Assembly (NCBI GenBank): GCA_964415395.1 | Contig: CAYPZU010000003.1 | Location: 5,670-69,669, forward strand | From: an uncultured bacterium | Lineage (GTDB): Bacteria > Chlamydiota > Chlamydiia > Chlamydiales > SM23-39 | Direction of reading: 5' to 3' | Length of the DNA stretch: 64,000 bases | Part shown: positions 9,167-16,486 of the stretch, piece after piece | How the letters are laid out: each line of letters begins with the position of its first letter | Position numbering within the stretch: position 1 is the stretch's first letter | The notes under the pieces: model-generated | Database searches by the model: none | The model's input: the letters and a program-made list of their open reading frames with translations, nothing else | What the model was told of the DNA's origin: nothing | Position numbers and translations under genes: made by a program

Positions 9167-9298
9167 ATGAACCTATCCGCAAATTATAACGTCGGTCTTC
9201 GGAAGCTTTTTGACCCCAGCGCCCCAAAATCAAATATTTTGATTCAAAAACCTCCTCGAATCCCTAACCCTCCTATTTTGCGGATAGGTTCTATGAAC
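9167..9298. repeat. inverted-repeat element (15-nt perfect arms, 93-nt spacer) abutting the ATG at 9293; related short copy at 40976..41013
   Basis: GAACCTATCCGCAAA (9169..9183) is the exact reverse complement of TTTGCGGATAGGTTC (9277..9291). TAT flanks both ends. A nested 7-bp palindrome AATCAAA/TTTGATT lies at 9228..9244. Confidence 0.7.
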
Positions 9299-10453
9299 GA
9301 GAAGCTTTCTTCTGGCTCGAATACAATTAAAAGTTTGTTGCTAAAAAAACAAAAAGCGCTTACATCTCATAGGTCAACGGCAACATCCAACCCATCGAAA
9401 AGACCTATGTCCACACAACTCGAAAATGACCGCGATTTCGACGACGCTTTCTTCCAGCATAACCTCCCGCAATATTACCGCTCGATCCTGAAAGAGTTCC
9501 GGAAAATCACCCACTCCTTCGTCTCGTTCAACGTCTTGTTTTCCGCTCTCTTCGCAGCTGAACTTTCCCTCTTTTTCTTCTTCCTCCCTTTCTTAAGCAA
9601 ATCCGCTGTATTCGCCTTTGCGCTCGGCGGCCTGTTTCTCACCTGTTTTTCCTATTTCGTCCTCCTCTTTTATTATCAGGCAAAAAAACCGGAGCAGCTG
9701 ATCCTGCTGAAAGATAAATTCGTCCAGTCGTGCCGCCAAATCCTCCCACTGCCTCCCGGAGAAGCGCAGCACCACCTCTCCCTGGCAGAAGCTCTCTCGA
9801 AACTCTCCACCTATCTCCAGGATTTCGAATGGAATTTCTATAAAACGCCGAAAGCCCTCCACTCATTCTCCCGGTTCATCGCCCGCTTTTCGGCTTACTG
9901 CTACTGGGAAGATGTTTTTAAAATGAAGCTCCTCCTGCTCCACGCCGCTGTCGAAGAGCACCTCAAGCAAATCCGCTCCACTCCTACAGACCTTGAAGTG
10001 CACGCTTCTCTTGCAAATACGTATGTGGCCCTCTCAAAAGTCTACACCGCCCCTTCCCATTCAGAGGGAACCCACCCGAGAGCCAGACGCTACTGGAAAA
10101 ACAAAGCCCTTTTCGAAGATAAATTCCGATCTGCCGCAAGACTTGCGATCGAAGAATTCCGCATCCTGAGCCAATACGCGCCTAACGATCCGTGGGTGCA
10201 TGAGCAGCTCGCCGTCGGCTATCGCGACCTCGGCATGCCCGAAGAAGAAGTGCGCGAAGTGGAAACCCTTTTGAAACTTCGCCCCCACGACAAAGAAATC
10301 CTCTTCCGGCTCGGAATGATTTATTTCGAGCAGGGTCAAAACGCAAAAGGCCTTCAAGTTTACGAAGAGCTGAAACAGGCCAATTTCAAAAAAGCGGAAG
10401 ATCTCATCTCGGTGTACGGGAAGACGCCCCTTAAAAATTCTCTGACCCAATAA
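9293..10453 (+). CDS. membrane protein with bilobed hydrophobic domain and C-terminal TPR repeats (Inc-like candidate)
   Basis: I prefer ATG 9293 (MNEKLSSGS...) because the ORF-track extension back to 9167 is the repeat element. The hydrophobic pair VSFNVLFSALFAAELSLFFFFLPFL-SKS-AVFAFALGGLFLTCFSYFVLLFYY sits at about residues 76-128. The C-terminus is TPR-like (QLAVGYRDLGMPEEEVREVETLLKLRPHDKEILFRLGMIYFEQGQNAKGLQVYEEL). Confidence 0.7.
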   Translation: MNEKLSSGSNTIKSLLLKKQKALTSHRSTATSNPSKRPMSTQLENDRDFDDAFFQHNLPQYYRSILKEFRKITHSFVSFNVLFSALFAAELSLFFFFLPFLSKSAVFAFALGGLFLTCFSYFVLLFYYQAKKPEQLILLKDKFVQSCRQILPLPPGEAQHHLSLAEALSKLSTYLQDFEWNFYKTPKALHSFSRFIARFSAYCYWEDVFKMKLLLLHAAVEEHLKQIRSTPTDLEVHASLANTYVALSKVYTAPSHSEGTHPRARRYWKNKALFEDKFRSAARLAIEEFRILSQYAPNDPWVHEQLAVGYRDLGMPEEEVREVETLLKLRPHDKEILFRLGMIYFEQGQNAKGLQVYEELKQANFKKAEDLISVYGKTPLKNSLTQ

Positions 10454-10508
10454 AAAAAGATTTCCTGAATAAATTTCCGATCCTTATGATGGCAAATCCA
10501 GGGTATAC

Positions 10509-12257
10509 ATGCATATGAATCGATTTGCGTTCCTTTTCCTAGTCGCCGCTCCCTTCGCTCTCCGCTCGCAATCTGTCGAAGCGCCTGAGCCCACCGCAGA
10601 CTGTTATTGCATCCAGGAGTGCGCCCCTTGCGTAGAAGAGCCTCCTCCTCCACCTCCGCCCCCTCCGCCGCCGGCTCCGAAACCAATCTGCTGTCTGAAG
10701 GGAATTTTACTCCTTCCGTGCGATACAGAGATCAATCCGGACGGCTACGAGAATATCGTCGGCATTCAAATACACGACGTCGATATCCCCGGCTCAGTGG
10801 ACGACTTTAAAAACTGGCTGAAAGAAGACTATGTAGGCCACGTCCTGACAAAAGAAAAAATCGACGCCATCAAGAAAGGGATCGCCTCTTATTACCGCCG
10901 CCACCACCGCCCGCTTGTCACAGTGATCGCTCCCCAGCAGGATATCACAGGGTGTGTCCTTCAACTCATCATCATCGAAGGAAAAGTCGGTCAAATCGAA
11001 GTGTGCGGCAACACCCATTTTTCCTCTGACAGGCTGTGCAACTATCTCCGCGTCATGCCAGGCGACTGCCTCCGCTCCGACAAGATCAACGAAGACCTCG
11101 TTTGGATGAACAAAAACCCTTTCCGCCAGGTCAGCCTCGTCTACAAACCTGGAGATTGCCTCGGGACGACCGACATCCAGATGCTCGTCCAGGACCGGAG
11201 AACCTACCGCTTCTACGGCGGGATCGACAACACAGGAAACGATTACACCGGCAACAACCGCCTTTTTGCAGGGTTCAACTCGGGCAACGTCTTCAACACA
11301 GACCACCTCCTCTCGTTCCAGTTCACTGCAAACCAGAATTTCAACCGGTTCAAGGCTTACACCCTTCATTATACCGTGCCTCTTCCCTGGCGCCACACGC
11401 TCACCATGTACGGCGGGTATTCAACCGTTGAATCGAAATTCGATATCACGGACATCGTCGGCGGTAAATTCCGCAACAGCGGATTCAGCGGACAGGCCTC
11501 CTTCCGCTATGATATGCCGTTCAGACCGATCTACAGCTTCCTGCAGGAATTTTCCTGGGGTTTCGATTGGAAACGAACCAACAACTCTCTCGAATTCGGC
11601 GCCCTGCCCGTCTTTTCGAAGAACGTCAACCTCACTCAGCTGATGGCCTCGTATAATATCGGCTATCAGACCAATAATCTGACCACTTCTTTTGAAATAG
11701 AAGGCTTCGCCTCCCCCCTGCGCTGGCTTCCGGATCAGTCGAACGCCGACTATCAGTCGCTCAGGCTCTATTCGAAATACAAATACTTCTATGCCCGCTC
11801 CTCGTTTGCCCTCACTTACCATTTCCACCGCTGGTTTTACTATAACATCTACATGAGAGGGCAGGCCGCGACCCGCAACCTGCTGCCCAGCGAAGAGTAC
11901 GGAGTAGGCGGCTATGACACCGTCAGAGGCTACAAAGAACGCGAAGTCAATGGCGACAGCGCTTTTGTCGCCAACTTCGAGCTGACCCACAGCCCCGTAG
12001 CTCTCAGCCGGATGTTCGGCATCGAAAGCGCGATCGACTCTCTGCAGCTCCTCGCATTCCTCGATTACGGAGCTGCGTTCATCCACCAGGCGGCTCCAGG
12101 TCAAAAGAAAAATTACCACCTCTACAGCGGCGGCCCCGGCCTCCGCTATAAGATCGGACCCTGGGTCTCGGTACGCACAGACTGGGGATTCCAGCTTCAT
12201 CCGGTCGCGGGCGGCCCTCGCCAAAGACTCCACTTCCAGGCGATCGCCAGCTACTGA
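10509..12257 (+). CDS. ShlB/FhaC/HecB-family outer-membrane transporter (TpsB type) with Cys-rich, poly-Pro N-terminal extension
   Basis: It has a signal peptide (MHMNRFAFLFLVAAPFALRS). A POTRA-like segment reads VLQLIIIEGKVGQIEVCGNTHFSSDRLCNYL, followed by the NKNPFRQV loop motif. A long beta-barrel ends ...LHFQAIASY. Confidence 0.8.
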   Translation: MHMNRFAFLFLVAAPFALRSQSVEAPEPTADCYCIQECAPCVEEPPPPPPPPPPPAPKPICCLKGILLLPCDTEINPDGYENIVGIQIHDVDIPGSVDDFKNWLKEDYVGHVLTKEKIDAIKKGIASYYRRHHRPLVTVIAPQQDITGCVLQLIIIEGKVGQIEVCGNTHFSSDRLCNYLRVMPGDCLRSDKINEDLVWMNKNPFRQVSLVYKPGDCLGTTDIQMLVQDRRTYRFYGGIDNTGNDYTGNNRLFAGFNSGNVFNTDHLLSFQFTANQNFNRFKAYTLHYTVPLPWRHTLTMYGGYSTVESKFDITDIVGGKFRNSGFSGQASFRYDMPFRPIYSFLQEFSWGFDWKRTNNSLEFGALPVFSKNVNLTQLMASYNIGYQTNNLTTSFEIEGFASPLRWLPDQSNADYQSLRLYSKYKYFYARSSFALTYHFHRWFYYNIYMRGQAATRNLLPSEEYGVGGYDTVRGYKEREVNGDSAFVANFELTHSPVALSRMFGIESAIDSLQLLAFLDYGAAFIHQAAPGQKKNYHLYSGGPGLRYKIGPWVSVRTDWGFQLHPVAGGPRQRLHFQAIASY

Positions 12258-12263
12258 TTCCTT

Positions 12264-12283
12264 CTCCCCCGCCCTCGGGGGAG
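12264..12283 (+). terminator. GC-rich hairpin just after the TpsB stop (candidate terminator)
   Basis: CTCCCCCG-CCCT-CGGGGGAG forms an 8-bp perfect stem starting 7 nt after the stop codon. The T6 run lies at 12300..12305, about 16 nt downstream, so this is not a textbook intrinsic terminator. Confidence 0.45.
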
Positions 12284-12550
12284 GCTCCCCAAACCAACTT
12301 TTTTCGAGACCGGAAAAAATCCTCTTTTATTAAATATCGGGGCAATCTTAATCTTTATACACAAATGAATTCGAAGGTTGGGAATATGACAAGGAGGCGC
12401 CCTGAGTTTGAGCCAGGCAAAGCTGGCGCCGAAGCAGCTAAACTTAAAAAGTTTAGCGATGCAGGCGGGATCAAAATCAGTGGCTGCCCGACGAAGTCAG
12501 AAACCAATTTTTGAGTTCCTTTGTGTATATCTCCTAAACCAAATGGATGC

Positions 12551-13798
12551 ATGCTGCAGTCCAATCGGCGTTCGCTCTTTAGCCTCTACCTCGCCTACTT
12601 TGCCGATTATTTCAGTTGGGGCGCAGCCATTACTTTCATCTACGTCTACGTCAGTTCTGAAACCACCTCCTTTAACCACCTCATCTGGAACGAAGAATTT
12701 TCCCTCGCCCTCGGACTTGCAGCCAACCCGATTGGAGAAGTCGCCGGATCTCCCATCCTCGGAGATCTCTCAGACTGGATCGGCAGAAAAAAAGTTTTGA
12801 TTTGGGGCCTTTGGGGCTCGATCGCCAGCATGGCTCTCTGCGCTTACTCGCTCTATCTGGGCAGCTTTCTCTTCTTCGTCCTCTGCCAGTTCCTCATCGG
12901 TTTCTTCTCCGGCAAACAGGCCATGGCGCAGGCTGCGATCGTGGAGACGCACGCCGGAGGCAAGGGGCAAAAGCTCGCCTTTCTCTCGGTTCTGGGCGGA
13001 ATCGCGTGGATCCTGGGACCTTTTCTGGGCGGCATTTTAATGGAAGATCCGTTCACCTCGCACGGCGGCTATATATGGCCCAGCCTCCTCGCCCTCGCCG
13101 TATACGTGATCACCCTCGTCTTCACCCATTACTATTACATAGATACCTACGAACCCCCGGAGAACACATTTGTTTTGGGTAAATTCCTCCACAGCGTAGG
13201 AGAAACCTTCCTTCTCACATTCAAAGAGAGGGTGTTTTTCGTCTTTCTTCTGAACCTTCTTGGGTGGTATCTCCTCGCTATCTCCCTCTCCGATTTCCTC
13301 CTCGTCCGCTTCCACCTCGCCGAAACGCAGATCGGAACCTTCAACAGCTACTTAAGCCTCTGCTTCACGCTCGGCGGCGTCATCGGAACTGCGTGGGTCC
13401 TCCACCACTGGAAAGCGAAAAACATCCTGTTCTGGTGCCTTCTGACAGGCTCGATCGGCCTTTTCCTCCTTTTCGGCGCAGACAAGGTAAGCGAGCTGTG
13501 GACCTACCTCGCCATCCCCGCGCTGACAGAAGCGTGGATCTATCCCGCCTATCAAACTGTTTTATCCGACCGGGCGAGCGATAAGGGACAAGGGAAACTC
13601 TTCGGGCTGATCGGCGCCAGCAACGGCGCCTGCCAATTCGTCACTTCGATCATTTTGACAGATATTTCGAGCCAGACTTCCATTCTGATCGCCGCCCTCC
13701 TGTTCCTTTCGAGCGCAGCGATCCTTCCGCTACTGATACGAAAAAAGGTCAGACAGGGATTCCCCGCGGGTCATCCGCAAAATAGCGTTAGCCAGTAA
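12551..13798 (+). CDS. MFS transporter (drug-efflux/TetA-like)
   Basis: ATG 12551 is preferred (MLQSNRRSLFSLYLAYFADYF...). It has 12 hydrophobic segments and the MFS motif GDLSDWIGRKKVL. Confidence 0.8.
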   Translation: MLQSNRRSLFSLYLAYFADYFSWGAAITFIYVYVSSETTSFNHLIWNEEFSLALGLAANPIGEVAGSPILGDLSDWIGRKKVLIWGLWGSIASMALCAYSLYLGSFLFFVLCQFLIGFFSGKQAMAQAAIVETHAGGKGQKLAFLSVLGGIAWILGPFLGGILMEDPFTSHGGYIWPSLLALAVYVITLVFTHYYYIDTYEPPENTFVLGKFLHSVGETFLLTFKERVFFVFLLNLLGWYLLAISLSDFLLVRFHLAETQIGTFNSYLSLCFTLGGVIGTAWVLHHWKAKNILFWCLLTGSIGLFLLFGADKVSELWTYLAIPALTEAWIYPAYQTVLSDRASDKGQGKLFGLIGASNGACQFVTSIILTDISSQTSILIAALLFLSSAAILPLLIRKKVRQGFPAGHPQNSVSQ

Positions 13799-14755
13799 AG
13801 GGGCGACAGAGACTTGCCGCAGGTTCGGAGGCGCCGCCCTGCATAAAGGAATCGTGTCGGTCACAACAATCTCCTCTATGCACGAATCGGCGATCCGCAT
13901 GCAGGCAGGCCCCGATAAAAGAGGATGGGTGATGCAGGCGAAAACCCGTCTTGCGCCCTGCTCTTTCAGCATCTTCGCCGCCTGGACAAGCGTTCCCGCC
14001 GTATCGCAGATATCGTCGACGATCACTGCGTCGCAGCCCTTCACTTTTCCGACCAGATTCATCGACTCGACTATTCCGGCTTCCGCACGCTGCTTGACGA
14101 ACATCGCCATTTTCGACGGAACTCCGAAACTCTGCAGCCCTTCGATAAACTGCCTGGCTCTCTCTACGCCGCCCGCATCCGGAGACACGACGACGAGATC
14201 CGAAAGACCCAATCTTGCGATATAGGGGACGAAAATCGTCGAGGCAAAGAGATTATCGACCGGCGCCTCATGGAAAAAGCCCTGGATCTGCCCGCAGTGG
14301 AGGTCGACTGAAATCACGTGGTCGGCGCCAGCCAGCTCGAAAAGCATCGCGACATCCGACGCCGAAATAGGGACGCGGCCCATCGTCTTCCGATCCTGCC
14401 GCGCATAGGCATAATAGGGAATCACCGCCGTCACGCTTTTGGCCGAAGCGCGCTTCATCGCCCGGATCATCAGATACAGCTCCATCAAATTGTCATTCAC
14501 GGTTCCGCCGGAGCTGACGCAGGTAGACTGGAGAATAAACACATCGCAGTTCCGGACGTTTTCCAGGATCTGAATCCGGATCTCCCCGTCGTTAAAGCGG
14601 CTCACCTTGGCCCGGCTCAAATCGACTCCCAGATTCTGAGCCACTTTTTCAGCCAGATCGATGTTCGCGTTTCCCGTAAACAGTTTAAATCCTGGCCCGC
14701 AGTCCCCGGAATAACCAGCCACTGCGCACGCGAGAAAAACAAGAATCAGCCGCAT
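13730..14755 (-). CDS. prs: ribose-phosphate pyrophosphokinase (PRPP synthetase) with hydrophobic N-terminal extension
   Basis: Family motifs are present: KLFTGNANIDLAEKVAQNLG, AVIPYYAYARQDRK, HVISVDLH, and the PRPP-binding loop VIVDDICDTAGT. The C-terminus reads GESLSDLF. Confidence 0.9.
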   Translation of the reverse strand: MRLILVFLACAVAGYSGDCGPGFKLFTGNANIDLAEKVAQNLGVDLSRAKVSRFNDGEIRIQILENVRNCDVFILQSTCVSSGGTVNDNLMELYLMIRAMKRASAKSVTAVIPYYAYARQDRKTMGRVPISASDVAMLFELAGADHVISVDLHCGQIQGFFHEAPVDNLFASTIFVPYIARLGLSDLVVVSPDAGGVERARQFIEGLQSFGVPSKMAMFVKQRAEAGIVESMNLVGKVKGCDAVIVDDICDTAGTLVQAAKMLKEQGARRVFACITHPLLSGPACMRIADSCIEEIVVTDTIPLCRAAPPNLRQVSVAPLLANAILRMTRGESLSDLFSYQ

Positions 14756-14765
14756 AGAAAGCCCC

Positions 14766-14783
14766 TGTCAAAAATTTTTGACA
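14766..14783. promoter_or_regulatory. perfect 18-bp palindrome TGTCAAAAATTTTTGACA (TGTCA-N8-TGACA), 11 nt upstream of the prs ATG
   Basis: Read directly from the sequence. The same half-sites and spacing recur at 34778..34795. Confidence 0.4.
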
Positions 14784-14861
14784 ACAGAGTAGGGGAAAAA
14801 CAGAAAAAAGGAAAGGGCGCCGCCCCGGCATTCAAACAGGCGGCAGATTAGCTGAATCGTT

Positions 14862-15458
14862 TCAGCGAAGGAGTTCGACTTTGCCTGTTCCGAGATGGTA
14901 ATAGGCGCCGACGACGCCGATTTTTTTCTCGGCGATCAGCTTCTTCATGTAGGGATTTTGCTTCAGCGCAGCCGTCATCGCCCGAACGTTAGCCTTGGTT
15001 GCCGACTCAAGGGTGTCTTTCTTCTTCACATTCGGCTGGATGAGCTCTGCGACCGCTTCGATATCGCCTGTCTGGCCGGCCAGCACAGCTTTGATCGCCC
15101 CGCACGCCTCATGCCCCATCACAACGACCAGAGAGGAGCCGAGGAATTTGGCGGAATAGTCAACGCTGTCCTGTTCGACAGGCCCGATCACGTTTCCGGC
15201 AACTCTCACAATAAAAAGATCTCCAAGACCCTGATCGAAAATAATTTCTGGAGGAACGCGTGAATCGGAACAGCCGACGATCGTCGCGAACGGCGTCTGC
15301 CCGGCCGTCAGCTCTTCCCTTCTTTCGGAAGTGCGGTCCGGATGGGCCAGAAGATCGCTCACATACCGCTCATTCCCTTCCATCAGCTGCTTAAGCGCCG
15401 ACTCAGGACTCACCGCAAATGCCGCGGAAAAGAAAAAAACCGCCAGGTACTTCATCAT
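14862..15458 (-). CDS. beta-class carbonic anhydrase with N-terminal signal peptide
   Basis: I use the internal start MMKYLAVFFFSAAFAVSPES at 15458. The upstream part of the 280-aa ORF overlaps the preceding gene and looks non-coding. Zinc-site motifs are present (GCSDSRVPPE, GHEACGAIKA). Confidence 0.85.
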   Translation of the reverse strand: MMKYLAVFFFSAAFAVSPESALKQLMEGNERYVSDLLAHPDRTSERREELTAGQTPFATIVGCSDSRVPPEIIFDQGLGDLFIVRVAGNVIGPVEQDSVDYSAKFLGSSLVVVMGHEACGAIKAVLAGQTGDIEAVAELIQPNVKKKDTLESATKANVRAMTAALKQNPYMKKLIAEKKIGVVGAYYHLGTGKVELLR

Positions 15459-15460
15459 AG

Positions 15461-16393
15461 TCAAAACCCGATCGCCGCGGCGACCGCCCTCCAGTCTACT
15501 GTCCCCACAATTAACCCAAACGCGCATAACTGGCAAGCTCTCCAGTTGACCTGCTCCTGGTAGAGCTTCTGTCCCCAGAGGTTCGAAAGGATGATCCCGA
15601 CGACGGAGAATACAGGGAAGATGACCGCATTTTCCAGAGGAGTGGCCGCCTCTGTCGCCCAAATCAGGAAAAAGGTACAGAGGCTGTTCGCCGCGCCGCC
15701 GCACACCCCGTGGAACGCTTCGATCGCTTTAGGAACTCTCCGTTCGGTCCGCAGATAAATGACAAGTTGGACAATCGCCGAAACCAGATACATGAACGGC
15801 ATGAACCATTCGCTTTTGATCTGTTCAGCGGAGAAAAATGAAGCGAGCTCTTCCGGATTCGGAAGATTCAAAAGAAGCGCGCGCCACTGCAGAAGGCCCA
15901 AAAGGAGAACATGGAGCCCGAACATCATCGCTGAGAAAATGAGCCAGGTCCGCTTTTCCTGCATTCCCTGCAGCCCTTTGCCGGCCCAGAAAAGCCCCGC
16001 GATGACCAGCAGCGATCCCAGTCCGTGCCACGCATTGTAGACAAATCCGTAAGCCGCGCCAAAAGCGAGCGCCATCAAAATTCCAGGCATGACCGTAGCC
16101 GCGTTCAGAATCGAAAAAGTGATCCCGGGAGGCCCTTTTTCCACAGCTCGGCCGAGCGCGTAAAGCATCAAAGCGAAAATAACGCCCGCGCCGATCCCGA
16201 GTCCTGCGATCGGCCAGTTCACGGCATAATTTCCCGTCCGCACCGGATTGAGCAGAATGGCGACGATAAACGCCACCGTCATCTGAAACACGAGAAACGC
16301 TTTTGCGCTCCCGCCGGCGTCAACGCTTTTGCGCATCGATAAATTCGAAAGAGCCACGAAGGCCGCTGCTACGAAAACCCAGAGAATCGCCAT
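15461..16393 (-). CDS. multi-pass membrane protein (DMT/EamA-like permease)
   Basis: About 10 hydrophobic segments, with the start taken at MAILWVFVAAAF (ATG 16393). Its stop lies 2 nt from the carbonic anhydrase start. Confidence 0.6.
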   Translation of the reverse strand: MAILWVFVAAAFVALSNLSMRKSVDAGGSAKAFLVFQMTVAFIVAILLNPVRTGNYAVNWPIAGLGIGAGVIFALMLYALGRAVEKGPPGITFSILNAATVMPGILMALAFGAAYGFVYNAWHGLGSLLVIAGLFWAGKGLQGMQEKRTWLIFSAMMFGLHVLLLGLLQWRALLLNLPNPEELASFFSAEQIKSEWFMPFMYLVSAIVQLVIYLRTERRVPKAIEAFHGVCGGAANSLCTFFLIWATEAATPLENAVIFPVFSVVGIILSNLWGQKLYQEQVNWRACQLCAFGLIVGTVDWRAVAAAIGF

Positions 16394-16430
16394 AAAAAAA
16401 TCCTTTTGATGGAGGGGCAATTATACAAGA

Positions 16431-16459
16431 TGGGCAAATTATTCGCCCGCCCGTATAAT
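16431..16459 (+). promoter_or_regulatory. candidate sigma-70/66-type promoter for the 921-aa TPR gene
   Basis: TGGGCA (16431..16436), a 17-nt spacer, then a perfect TATAAT (16454..16459), 28 nt upstream of ATG 16487. Confidence 0.35.
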
Positions 16460-16486
16460 CAACCTCACACGACGGATGGATCGATT

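Noticed and set aside
9167-9292. The ORF track proposes an N-terminal extension of the TPR/Inc-like ORF starting at ATG 9167.
   Set aside because: The 126 nt coincide with the inverted-repeat element, and the ATG is part of the left arm. At the second copy of the element the same ATG opens only a 3-codon ORF. ATG 9293 directly follows the right arm.
14862-15704. A 280-aa version of the carbonic anhydrase ORF is drawn in the track.
   Set aside because: The first 82 codons overlap the 3' end of the upstream permease gene and look non-coding. The internal MMKYLAVFFF... start gives a normal signal peptide directly followed by the CA domain.
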